Source: Mesotaenium endlicherianum (Eukaryota). Taken from it: a stretch of DNA of 64,000 nucleotides. Below, in pieces: positions 34,101 to 40,000 of the stretch. The stretch lies in NCBI GenBank assembly GCA_009602735.1, contig WELA01001485.1:62001-126000 (forward strand). Direction: 5' to 3'. The notes under the pieces were generated by a model. That model was given only the letters and a program-made list of their open reading frames with translations, was not told where the DNA came from and searched no databases. A program made the position numbers and the translations under genes. Within the stretch, counting starts at the first letter, position 1. Each line of letters opens with the position of its first letter.

Positions 34101-34583
34101 CAGATCAAAACAGTGACAGAGCGTCCGGATATTGTGAAGTGGGCATGGTATGGTTCATCCAATTTCTCCTGCTACAACTGCGCCACACCGCAACTGAAAG
34201 TGGGTGATGATGTATCGCTGATATGCAGGGCCACCAACCGTTACGGATGTATCAGTATAGACACCCTGAACATCAAAACCTTCTGTCCGGGTACCCTGGT
34301 ATTCATCCCCAACGCCTTCTCTCCCGATGGCGATGGTATCAACGATGTGCTGATGATACAGGGCAAGGGCGTGAAAGTGATCAAGAGCTTCCGCATCTTC
34401 AACCGTTGGGGTGAAGTGGTATTTGAAAAAATGAATTTCCAGCCCGGTGATCCTGCTTATGCATGGGATGGCAAAGTGAGGGGTAAGCCGGCAGCACCCG
34501 ATGTATTCGTATATATATGCGAGGTGATCTGTGATAAAGGCGTTCCATCCTTCTTTAAAGGCAACATAACTATTTTAAAATGA
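19110..34583 (+). CDS. Giant (5157 aa) repetitive surface protein/adhesin with a T9SS type-B C-terminal sorting domain
   Basis: Signal peptide (FAQ), a globular N-terminal domain (DHTGNPNG..GNDLALDDI), ~43 Ig-like repeats and PKD-like domains. C-terminus FIPNAFSPDGDGIND..IFNRWGE..WDG..GNITILK. Followed by a porP-like gene. Confidence 0.92.
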   Translation: MRNHRHTYLLSLLLLSCLYSQLSFAQDGTGNYVYGMCTSSALAPVYKQDFGTAASPGTKARVPSGFITNYIYDNVGTDGHYIVTPLVQNSGKNDWAVGGDHTGNPNGNMFLVNAGTGANLFFSQRVDNLCPGSVYSFSAWLANVNTISNTLPICGSNYVYPKVTFNIKSTSGTLLGTFTTDTLPLTKDRKSGTGVNWKQYGFQFSLPSGTTSLILEMSDYWGGLPQCGNDLALDDILFSACTPTVTATINSANSATVCSGSSITMSSSIANSPFSNPAYQWQKSIDGGMTWTNVGAPGTSASGFTIPSTVVSDGGLYRVIVGPDVASLSSATCTTASNSVTLTINPTPAVTVTGSTPICSGNTLFLSSNVTGGTPAFTYNWSGPNGFVATVGNPSITNTTTAASGTYALTVTDTKGCTANASTVITVNQTPVVAAITGPNGGCAGSTIQLSSSTAGGTWSSSNTSVATVDNTGLVTILTDGTSTITYTVTNNGCSASVTKNISAASVFMSPNVLECNDGVRTYDSTAANPYRVKYDNPATGSFLWTVTDSAGTDVTSSVFKSPATPTSPYPSLQLIRGNWYTVRVSYTNNGVTCAASHKVYKQIYVTVAINGSRDTTVCYNTNPVPLSASTSTVVNKLSWTTSGTGTFSNNGTSATTTTYTPSAADKASGMITITVTASTSLNATGICGNATATDNMILRIYPDNTGKDSAKTICSNTTINYTPVSVIAGSTFSWTSTVTSGNVSGNSPSGTGNIIDSLVNLSNTNNGVVNYTITPYAFTPSNISCPGTPFNFKVTLQPRPAITITNNTASLCTGTATNIQFISSIAGSQYTWSSSVISGTASGNSSNVVPSGTNTINDVLTNSSTTANATVRYIITATPPTGCTRTDSSTTVLVYALPTKAVAGSAQSLCNATSAMLSGNTPIIGTGTWTLASGPSGSSFSNPNSPSTAVNGLTPGTYKFVWSIVNGSCAASTDTVTVTNSAQTVAGTLASPATVCAGSNTGTLTLSGYTGSILSWQSSTDGGTTWANIVNTTNTYTYNNLTTSTLFRAVVQNGACNTVNTPSVAITVTPTPGSGTLAANAAVCAASNSGTLNLTGYTGTVIRWESSTDNGTTWASIANTTSSYSYANITATTLYRAVVQSGNCGIVNSNNVTITVNPQTVAGTLAAGNTVCATANTGTLTLSGYTGSILNWQSSTDNGATWTNIANTTANYTYNNLAATTLFRAQVQSGVCNNISSNTVTITVMQPVTVANAGSNQTLCNVTSTTMAANAPLSGTGTWTQVSGPTTASFTNANNPFTTVNNLIPGTYQFQWTITNNPCTASQSTVQVHIDPATVPGTLASPATVCAVSNTGTLTLSGYTSTILNWQSSVDNGTTWTNITNTTANYTYNNLTATTLFRAQVQSGSCAAQYSNNVAITVAQAVTPSNAGPNQALCNVTSTTMAATAATSGTGTWTMVSGPSAASFTDSHNPFTTVNNLTSGVYQFQWAVSNGVCASSQSTVQVSIDPQTVPGSLASPATVCATSNTGILTLSGYTTTILKWQSSVDNGTTWTDIANTANTYTYNNLTATTLFRASVKSGACAAQNSNNVAITVLQTVTPSAAGSDQQLCNVTSATMAANAPTSGTGTWSMVTGPTIASFTDSHNPNTTVNNLGFGTYQFKWTISNGYCASSQSTVNVTINTPSVPGTLAANATVCATANNGTLTLSGYSTNILRWESSTDNGTTWINIANAGNNTYTYNNLTTTTQYRAFVQNTVCPAAYSNAAIITVFQPVTASNAGPAQTLCNVSSATLAANAPTSGTGTWTKASGPTAVSFTNPNDPNTTVSGLSTGTYQFVWTISNGVCASSQSTVQVKVDALTAPGTLASPATVCATANAGTLTLSSYSTNILHWESSTDNGNTWTNIANTANTYTYNNIPVTTLYRVLVKNGVCASQYSNNVAITALAAVSTANAGPDQQLCNVTATTMAATLPTSGTGTWTQVSGPSTATYTNLHDPNTTISGLSFGAYQFKWTVSNGYCANSEATVNITVNTPSVPGTLAANATVCATANNGTLTLTGYSTNIVRWESSADNGSTWSNIANTAATYAYTNLTATTLFRALVQNTVCPALYSNPVTVTVFQPVTVSNAGPNQILCNVTSATLAGNTPTSGSGTWTKVSGPTAVSFTNPNSATTTVSGLAAGTYILQWTISNGVCASSQSTVQIEVDPPTIPGTLASPATVCATANAGTLTLSGYSSSILHWESSIDNGNTWGAIVNTSNTYTYNNLTTTTLFRASVKSGSCAAQYSNNVAVTVAPAVTTANAGANQTLCNVTAITLAGNIPTSGTGTWSKISGPTAVTFTNANDPNTTVNGLTTGTYQFQWTISNGVCASSQSTVQVQIDPATVTGTLATPASVCATSNAGTLTLSGYTSSILKWQSSVDNGNTWLDIANTNNTYTYNNLTQSTLYRASVKSGVCAAQYSNNVAITVLQAVTAANAGPDQQLCNVTSATLAGNTPSSGTGTWSFVSGPSAVTFTNPNNPTTTVYGLTTGSYQLRWTISNGPCAVSQSVMNITVFAPSAPGTLASDATVCATANGGTVSLSGYSTNILRWESSIDNGNTWSNIANTANTYNYSNLTTTTKYRALVQNGICPALYSNLVTVNVIQPVSAANAGPNQNITFIFASAQLNAVPPTSGTGQWSQLSGPTNVGFVNTADPKTTITGLTYIAGPPASNGVYTFRWTVSNGVCANSYADMTITVAPPTNPGVIGPDQVVCRGVNHGTLTLTGYDGTILQWEDSTSTTTWQPIASTVGANTPTYTFNNLLVTTYYRALVQKSGGQALYSGVSATITVVQPVTPSNAGPDQSLCSTSTTTLAGNTPTQGTGKWTQTGGSPATIVNLLDPNTVVNGLAVGTYQFAWTISNGICADSKTFVNVTVHPLTVPGNLVTPSTVCANVNNGNLSLSGYTGSILKWQSSTDNGTTWADIANITAGYTYNNISATTEYRVLVQNSPCPSLYSNIVTILALPAVTTAHAGPAQDLCNVSSATLAGNTPTSGTGTWSFVSGPSTVTFNDIHNPTTDVYGLVQGTYKLMFTISNALCTPSTDVVTINVHPPTVAGSLAAPATVCATSNTGTLNLTGYTGIINKWQSSTNNGATWTDISNTTANYTYSNLTTNTQFRAEVQNSACPSLVSNVVAITVIQPVTTANAGPDQQLCNVASTTLAGNNPTSGTGIWTQVSGPSTASFTNPNAYNTTVNSLVVGTYVFQWTISNNTCASSQSTMKVTVNAATVAGTLAAPATACATSNTGTLNLTGYAGTINKWQSSIDNGTTWIDITNTTASYNYTNLTATTLFRAQVQNTVCPALPSNNVTITILQPVTTANAGPDQQLCNTTSTSLAGNVPSSGTGTWSQVSGPSTGSFVNNTDPHTVVNGLTVGTYTFQWTISNSTCANSQSTVKITVYPATVAGSLVAPATVCATSNTGTLNLTGNTGNINKWQSSIDNGTTWTNITNTTANYTYNNLTTSTQFRAEVQNAVCPALVSNVVTITVIQPVTTANAGPDQQLCNVASATLAGNNPASGTGTWTQISGPSTASFTNPNAYNTTVSGLATGTYQFQWTISNNTCASSQSTMKVTVYAATVAGTLAAPATVCATSNNGTLNLTGYTGTINKWEYSINNGSTWTAIANTTASYTYNNLTANTQFRAEVQNAVCPALISTAVTITVLQPVTTANAGSDQQLCNVSSAKLSANTPTSGTGTWSMVSGPAAVTFTNPNDPATTVNGLQAGTYQLAWTISNAACAQSTATMKITVYAATVAGSLAAPATVCATANTGTLNLTGYTGNINKWQSSVDNGTTWADIANTTANLTYNNLNTTTQFRAQVQNGACLVLASGPVTITVLQPVTTANAGPDQQLCNVASVTLAGNNPASGTGTWTQISGPSTASFTNPNAYNTTVSGLATGTYQFQWTISNNTCASSQSTMKVTVYAATVAGTLAAPATVCATANTGTLNLTGNKGAVNKWQSSIDNGNTWSDIANTAANFTYNNLNTTTQFRVQVQNVVCPALVSTAVTITVLQPVTTANAGSDQQLCNVTSAKLNANTPASGTGTWSMVSGPAVISFTNPNDPATTVNGLQAGTYQLAWTISNAACAQSSATMKITVYAATVAGSLAAPATVCATANTGNLNLSGYTGSINKWQSSTDNGTTWTDIAFTGAGYTYNNLTATTQFRAQVQNGVCLTQTSGLVTITVLQPVTTAHAGPAQNLCNVSVTRLAANTPSSGTGTWSLISGPSVVVFSNVNDATATVSGLQPGTYKFAWNISNGSCADSKDSVAVTVFALSNGGKLAPDAFACVTGNAGKLQVAGYTGNIVRWEISTDSGTTWNSTSNVAATYNYNNLLTTTQFRVLVQNGPCSIAYSNIATINVRPASVGGKLNSASSAVCATANIDSLRLTGYTGVVQHWEYSTDKGVSWTSFINSEDKYTYTNLTTTTWFRVLVQSSVCSSAYSDTFVIRVDSATVAGQLASDAVVCYNANNGSIKLSGRTGSVLRWEFSTDSTHSWNALNNNTSDVQQYNNLLTTTWYRTWVQNGACASMPTNVVTITTMQPVTIAHAGPNQLLCDGSSRVTLAANLPTSGVGKWSMASGPSTPSFLNVLSPATDVSGLQKGVYKFVWTIANDVCNSSSDTVTITIDKLQTGFRLSAINDCGKTTFFFTDTTSTSFGILSWKWYTPGVGGDTVRTRNNSIVYTADGMQSIALTVQSNSGCVNTRQANYKVTVFDFPQANINAVTEICKTQFMRVSPDVHSKDSIAYFLWNLGNGKKSLDSVVTVQYVEDGYYTVKLTVATINRCFDSAFKAITVHPIPAVTITSSTNVCKGDTATLKADGAASYIWSDQNNNILCSNCQVLKVQPGSSSQYKVVGVSQYGCSEIQTTNLHLVQPLKMLAAKGDTICFGQSKQLFAAGANSYTWYPETALSNKNAATPVASPDQTTTYHVIGKDQYGCFADTAEVKMVVGRPTAIHIGKDTVMSAGDVLQIKTVTERPDIVKWAWYGSSNFSCYNCATPQLKVGDDVSLICRATNRYGCISIDTLNIKTFCPGTLVFIPNAFSPDGDGINDVLMIQGKGVKVIKSFRIFNRWGEVVFEKMNFQPGDPAYAWDGKVRGKPAAPDVFVYICEVICDKGVPSFFKGNITILK
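21801..33075 (+). repeat. Intragenic tandem array of alternating A/B Ig-like modules (~522-bp period)
   Basis: By eye, ~20 B modules (ANAGPDQxLCN..SGTGTW..GTYQFQWTISN) and ~23 A modules (GTLAxPATVCAT..WQSSxDNGTTW..YTYNNL). B starts recur every 522 bp from ~28630 to ~31760. Confidence 0.9.
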
Positions 34584-35617
34584 TAAAGCAATCTACCCTT
34601 CGGATGCTCGTGGCCTGGTGCTTGCTACTGCTTTGCAGTAATAGGGTAGCAGCGCAGGACTACACTTTCTCCCAGTTTTATGAGCAGCCACTGCTCAGGA
34701 ACCCCGCGCTGGCAGGCATATTCACGGGTGACATACGCTTATCACTCGCACACCGCGATCAATGGGGCAGCGTTACCGTTCCATACAGGACCACCTCTTT
34801 CAGTGCGGAATACAAAATACCGGTGGGCACCAAAGACGATATCGTTACCGTGGGAACACAGATGAGTATAGACGGCGCCGGTGATCTCAGGCTCAGGCGA
34901 ACACAGATTTTGCCCGTGGTAAATTTCCACAAAGCGCTTAGTGAGAACAGCGATACCTATTTGTCAGCCGCATTCATGGGTGGCCCCGTTTCCAGCCAGT
35001 TCGATCCATCACAGGTGAAAATGGGCGACCAGTTCCGCGGAGGCAGTTTCGATCCATCCAATCCTTCTTCACAACCTATTACTGCCACAGGATATTCTTA
35101 TTGGGATATGGCAACCGGGCTCTCCTTCAGCAGCGCTTTCAGTAATAAAACCAGGTTCTACGTAGCAGTAGGACTTTCGCACTTCAACAATCCTACCATC
35201 ACTTCCGTGACCGGTAACGTGGAAAATTTCCTGAGACCCCGCTGGTCTTTTAACCTGGGAGTGAACGCTCCTTCCGGTGAGAGCGGACATGTGATTGCCT
35301 TTGTAGATTATTTTGCTCAAAACGGCGGCAGGCAGGTACTGGGTGGTGCGCTTTATGGTGTAAACATCAGGGAGTACGACAACAATGAACCGGATATCAT
35401 GTATATCGGTAGTTTCCTGCGTTGGGGCGATGCAGCGATCCCTACTGTTAAACTGGAGTTCGCACACTTCAGCATCGGTGTTAGTTATGATATAAACATT
35501 TCCAAACTGAAAGTGGCTTCCAATCTCAGGGGCGGATTAGAACTGACAGCTTCTTACCGCGACTTCTTAAAGATCAGGAGTTCTACGCTGGACAAAGTGC
35601 GTTGCGTTCGTTTCTAA
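34580..35617 (+). CDS. PorP/SprF family T9SS membrane protein
   Basis: QDYTFSQFYEQPLLRNPALAG, HRDQW, GVSYDINIS, GGLEL. Overlaps the adhesin stop by 4 bp. Confidence 0.92.
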   Translation: MIKQSTLRMLVAWCLLLLCSNRVAAQDYTFSQFYEQPLLRNPALAGIFTGDIRLSLAHRDQWGSVTVPYRTTSFSAEYKIPVGTKDDIVTVGTQMSIDGAGDLRLRRTQILPVVNFHKALSENSDTYLSAAFMGGPVSSQFDPSQVKMGDQFRGGSFDPSNPSSQPITATGYSYWDMATGLSFSSAFSNKTRFYVAVGLSHFNNPTITSVTGNVENFLRPRWSFNLGVNAPSGESGHVIAFVDYFAQNGGRQVLGGALYGVNIREYDNNEPDIMYIGSFLRWGDAAIPTVKLEFAHFSIGVSYDINISKLKVASNLRGGLELTASYRDFLKIRSSTLDKVRCVRF

Positions 35618-35627
35618 TAAGCGTTCA

Positions 35628-36284
35628 TCACATCACAAAAAAATAAGCGCCTACCTGGCACAAAATGCCGGTGAGCAACCCGGTATATACTTCTTTGCTG
35701 TTATGATCGCCTAATAACAGACGGCAGGTACATACCAGACCGGCCAGCAAAGTAGCAATGGTGATGGGTAATCCGAGTGGTTGCTGGTAATAAAAAGAAA
35801 AAAGGATGATGGCCGTCATGCCACCCCCTGCTCCCATCGCATGCATGCTGATCTTTTGATAGTTGTTCACGATCAATCCCACCACCGTAGCTGCAAACAT
35901 GCCCATGAAGAAAAATTTCAACACTTCGGGCTGGTCAGAAAAATTACGGCTGAGGTAATACATCCACCAGTAAAAAAACATGGTAATAACATAAGGAACG
36001 ATCCTTTCTTTTTGTGTGCGCAGGAAAATGCTTTCGCTGAATTTCAACCGCCACAGCAGGAATACCGAGAAAGCGGGAAAGAAAGCCGTCATCCAGAACA
36101 AACCGAATAAACGCATTTTCAACTGCCACTCTGTGATCCCCGCGAACTCATAAGGGAACTGGTAGATCAGGAAAAAGAATACATACGTGGGAATAAACAA
36201 CGGATGCAATAGGTATGAAACCAGTTTTGCAGGAACGCATAATACTGGTGTTTCTATCAGGTTCATTTCTTTGCTGCTCATCAT
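35628..36284 (-). CDS. Integral membrane protein (PAP2-like C-terminal motifs)
   Basis: About 6-7 TMs, SYLLHPLFIP, ERIVPY, KISMH, RLLLGDHNSKEVYTG. Confidence 0.7.
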   Translation of the reverse strand: MMSSKEMNLIETPVLCVPAKLVSYLLHPLFIPTYVFFFLIYQFPYEFAGITEWQLKMRLFGLFWMTAFFPAFSVFLLWRLKFSESIFLRTQKERIVPYVITMFFYWWMYYLSRNFSDQPEVLKFFFMGMFAATVVGLIVNNYQKISMHAMGAGGGMTAIILFSFYYQQPLGLPITIATLLAGLVCTCRLLLGDHNSKEVYTGLLTGILCQVGAYFFVM

Positions 36285-39007
36285 TTTTTGTTGACCTTGA
36301 TGAAGTACACCACTGTATTGTGCTCCAGGTCGCTCGTTACATTCACTTCGGTACGTTTGTTACCATCGGTAATGATCATGAGCGCCGAGTTGGGTGGTGT
36401 GATCCCCAAATTCTCTGCAAAGAAAATCAATTCATTCTTAGTTTGATCAGTATTCAGGTTTACATAGAAGGTAATTGGCTTATTGGTCTGTAGCAACTGC
36501 TTATACACAACCAATTTTTTATTATATATTACTGAAACCGAATCATAGTCGAACACACCATTATCGTACAGGTCTATCCGTACCGAATCGGAAGTGGAAT
36601 AGATATCGAGTGGTTTCTGCGGTATGCGTTTGGTCATTTCTTCCACCAGGTCGGCTGATTTGATAGACGGCAGCATATTCACCAGGGAGCTGATATCCAT
36701 TTTATGCGCCAGCTTTTCAACATCTCTTCTCGCAACGGTTTTATCGAAACCCTCCTTTCGGTTGGTTACAACAGGTTCAGCTCTCTTCGGAATGGCAGTA
36801 CCCTTATCTTTTGGCTTTTTAAGTTTGAAAGCAGTTGGCTCATCCCCCCTGTCACTTTCTTTTTTCTTCGACGCAGCTGTTACTTTATTGTTTGCAGCTT
36901 TATTGTCATCAGTAATTGCAGACTTATTGGCAATAGATACGTCTTTATTTCCGGTAGTGATGCGTTTGCTCTCACCAGATACCTGCTTATTACCTTTAGC
37001 AGAAGCAGTACGCTTGCGCTCGTTAACCGCAGGGTATGCGGTGGAAGCGCCTGCCGCACCAGTTTCTCCGGCATTTTCATTACCATTGATATCCAGTTCT
37101 TTTCCGGAAGGGGTCCATTTAGGATGAAGCGCATGTGTCAGGATCAGGTCAGACCGCCTGTTCGCGATCTGCTCTTCAATGTTCACACGTTTGGCTTCAT
37201 AACATGGTAAGATCAGGTGTTTTTTTCCAAAAAAATTTGTGTTGATGCGTGAGGAAGCGATCCCTTTTTTCTCAAGATATCCTTTTACCGATTCCGACCT
37301 CCTCCTGGACAATCTTTCATTGTTCTCTTTGCTACCGATACAATCGGTGAAGGAAGCCACCAATATATTCAGTTTGGGATCTTTTTTCAATTTGCTTACG
37401 ATCCTATCGAGCGTTGCATGATCTACCCGCCTGATATTTGAGCTGGCAAAATTGTAATTCACATACAACCGCTCCACAGTAGCTGCATTCACAGAATCCA
37501 TCAACGCTTGTTTGACCCTGTTGTCTTCTGCCATGCCGCGTGCGATGGAATCGGCCTGCGCTTGTTTTTCCTTCACCACTTTTGCCCAGTAATCGCTGCT
37601 GTCTATCGCAGGGGCGGACTTGGCGGTATCTTTATACAGGATGGGTACGGCTTTGTACAGCTCCAGGCAACACAATGAATTGCGGTCGGAGCTCAGGTAT
37701 GCGGTATCTGTATACCGGTCTTTACTGAAATAAACATCGTTTTTTACCGAGTTATAGGGATATCCCATGTTGGTCACTTCACCAGACCATTGGTTATTTT
37801 CAGGCGTACCATTTATCCGGTAAATATCCAATCCACCCATACCGGCTCTTCCATCTGAACTGAAGAAAAGCCGCGAAGAATCAGCATCATAAAAAGGAGA
37901 AGCCTCTTCTCCCTCACTGTTGATGACCTTACCCAGGTTGATGGCTGTACCCTGTGGTTTGGCTCCTTCCATATTTATCAGCCACAGGTCGAACTTACCA
38001 TAGCCGCCGGGTCTGTCGGATGAAAAGAAAAGATGTTTTCCATCGCGTGTACAAAATGGTTGTCTTGTATTATAGCCCGGTACATTCACTGTAGCCGGCA
38101 GGGCTACCGGTACAGTCCAGTTGCTGTTGGCATTTTCTCTTTGCATATAAAAGATGCCATAATTCGTACCGGAAGACTTATCGCCGTTCCTCCATCCCGT
38201 GAAGAAAACAGTTCTTCCGTCTGCCGACATCGAAGAAGCTGCCATATTCATATCCCGTACCGAAACAGCCGCGATCTTTTGCACATTATCGTCATTGAAT
38301 TTGCCCGAGAAAAGCCGGATAGGGTATTCAATTTCATGTTGCATCGAAGGTTCGTGTTTTGAGCTGCTGAACCAGAAAGTAGAATCATTGATCTTGTCCA
38401 ATGCAAAAATGGAACCATCGCCCGATGGCAGGCTCTTGATCTTTGTTACCACCGCTTTGGGGGGCAATACCCTGTTGGCAATAACAAAGTCGGTGTTAGC
38501 GAGCCCAACCTTTGCCATTTGTGCATAGGCGTCTTGGGGCTGGTATTTTTTGAGAAAGTCTTTGAACACTGTAGCGGCTTTCTCAGGTTGGTTATTTGCA
38601 TTCAGGCAGGTACCATACCACAAAGATGCCAGCGGAAACCGGGTGTCTTTGGTAGCTATGTATTGCTCATAGGGCTTTAAAGCTTCTTTATAATGATAAC
38701 CCAACCGGTAAGATTCTGCCAGCTGGTACAATACATAAGGCTGCTGCGATGATTTGGCTTTGGAAAAAGCTTTCTGGTTAGATGATTGGTAAGGATATAG
38801 GGGTGCAACTTCGTCAAGCGATGCACTATCGTACAAGAGCGACGCGTAGAGTTTGGCCGCCGTATAATAGTCTTTCATCTTAAAGCTTGCATCGGCCTTC
38901 TTTTCAATTTTCCTGGCATTCTGTGCCTGCACATTTGCAGGCAGGAGGTGACCGAAAAGAATGGTGCACACCATGCAAACCAAACTATGTTTTACAATCT
39001 TGACCAT
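36281..39007 (-). CDS. TPR-PD40-OmpA protein (PorE-like) with an extra C-terminal domain
   Basis: TPR-like N-terminus, PD40 repeats (FFSSDRPGGYGKFDLW; FFSSDGRAGMGGLDIY), OmpA domain (NFASSNI..FTDCIGS..NERLSRRRSESV..NRRSD), then a linker and an extra domain. Confidence 0.85.
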   Translation of the reverse strand: MVKIVKHSLVCMVCTILFGHLLPANVQAQNARKIEKKADASFKMKDYYTAAKLYASLLYDSASLDEVAPLYPYQSSNQKAFSKAKSSQQPYVLYQLAESYRLGYHYKEALKPYEQYIATKDTRFPLASLWYGTCLNANNQPEKAATVFKDFLKKYQPQDAYAQMAKVGLANTDFVIANRVLPPKAVVTKIKSLPSGDGSIFALDKINDSTFWFSSSKHEPSMQHEIEYPIRLFSGKFNDDNVQKIAAVSVRDMNMAASSMSADGRTVFFTGWRNGDKSSGTNYGIFYMQRENANSNWTVPVALPATVNVPGYNTRQPFCTRDGKHLFFSSDRPGGYGKFDLWLINMEGAKPQGTAINLGKVINSEGEEASPFYDADSSRLFFSSDGRAGMGGLDIYRINGTPENNQWSGEVTNMGYPYNSVKNDVYFSKDRYTDTAYLSSDRNSLCCLELYKAVPILYKDTAKSAPAIDSSDYWAKVVKEKQAQADSIARGMAEDNRVKQALMDSVNAATVERLYVNYNFASSNIRRVDHATLDRIVSKLKKDPKLNILVASFTDCIGSKENNERLSRRRSESVKGYLEKKGIASSRINTNFFGKKHLILPCYEAKRVNIEEQIANRRSDLILTHALHPKWTPSGKELDINGNENAGETGAAGASTAYPAVNERKRTASAKGNKQVSGESKRITTGNKDVSIANKSAITDDNKAANNKVTAASKKKESDRGDEPTAFKLKKPKDKGTAIPKRAEPVVTNRKEGFDKTVARRDVEKLAHKMDISSLVNMLPSIKSADLVEEMTKRIPQKPLDIYSTSDSVRIDLYDNGVFDYDSVSVIYNKKLVVYKQLLQTNKPITFYVNLNTDQTKNELIFFAENLGITPPNSALMIITDGNKRTEVNVTSDLEHNTVVYFIKVNKK

Positions 39008-39987
39008 ATAAACCTTGTGTCTTTCTTTTTCTTTTTGTGAACAAAGCTGAGAGAGAGTTCATACCCGGTGTTGCTCGACGCCACTGTTTTGTATTGCGAA
39101 ATATTGATATCATAACTCAGTCCCACTGTTAATGTACCGAAACGTAATCCCAGGCTGGGCGCCACCGCATCATTGAGTCGGTATAGCCCTCCCAGTATCA
39201 GCTCTTTGTCCTTTTCCAGTTTGAGGTCAAGGCTGAGGCCCGCTACTGTTTCATCTGCATCGCCCTGGCGTATGTATGCTGCATGGGGCGTTAAATCGGC
39301 TGTTGTACTCAATTGTATCCGGGCGCCTGCATGTACCAGGTAACGCATAGGTATTTTGCTGTCGTCACTGCCTGTTAAAAAACGGTTCACGGGTTGTGTA
39401 GGATGATAAAGACTCGCACCAATAAACGGATTGAATTTTTTCGAAGGGTCGCCATCGAAATACATCAATCCGATACTACCATCTACCGATGTGGCCGAAC
39501 GATACGCAAATGCTTCATTGCTGGGGATGGAAGGATCATAACCTATAACCGGGTTGAACTGGTTACCGTATTGAAATTTATTCGGATCAACACGCCTGTT
39601 GAGCATACCTACCTGGAAGCCTGCACTCAGCATCTTGAACTCCGATAGCCGTGCCAGGTATGAAAGGGAAAGGGCGCCGTTCACATATTGGTAGCCACTG
39701 CTCACAGCAGTCTGGTTGATCATGGTCAGCCCCAATCCAAAACCATGGGGCAAAGATGCATCCACAGTAAGTCCCTGTGTGTTATAAGGATCGATGGCAG
39801 AAGGCAGTTGCTTGCGGTAATTGCCGGTAATACGCCAATCGCCATCAATAACACCTGTCAATGCCGGGTTGAGCCACAAGGGATAAGCATAATACTGTGT
39901 AAAATGCGGATCTATCTGCGCCTGCATTTTAGATACTGCCGCCAGCAAAACAAGAAACAAGAATAAAAATTTACGTACGCTGTTCAT
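38992..39987 (-). CDS. PorP/SprF family T9SS membrane protein
   Basis: QIDPHFTQYYAYPLWLNPALTG, NYRKQ, GLSYDINIS, GYELSL. Confidence 0.92.
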   Translation of the reverse strand: MNSVRKFLFLFLVLLAAVSKMQAQIDPHFTQYYAYPLWLNPALTGVIDGDWRITGNYRKQLPSAIDPYNTQGLTVDASLPHGFGLGLTMINQTAVSSGYQYVNGALSLSYLARLSEFKMLSAGFQVGMLNRRVDPNKFQYGNQFNPVIGYDPSIPSNEAFAYRSATSVDGSIGLMYFDGDPSKKFNPFIGASLYHPTQPVNRFLTGSDDSKIPMRYLVHAGARIQLSTTADLTPHAAYIRQGDADETVAGLSLDLKLEKDKELILGGLYRLNDAVAPSLGLRFGTLTVGLSYDINISQYKTVASSNTGYELSLSFVHKKKKKDTRFIWSRL

Positions 39988-40000
39988 GTATATTCTTCTG

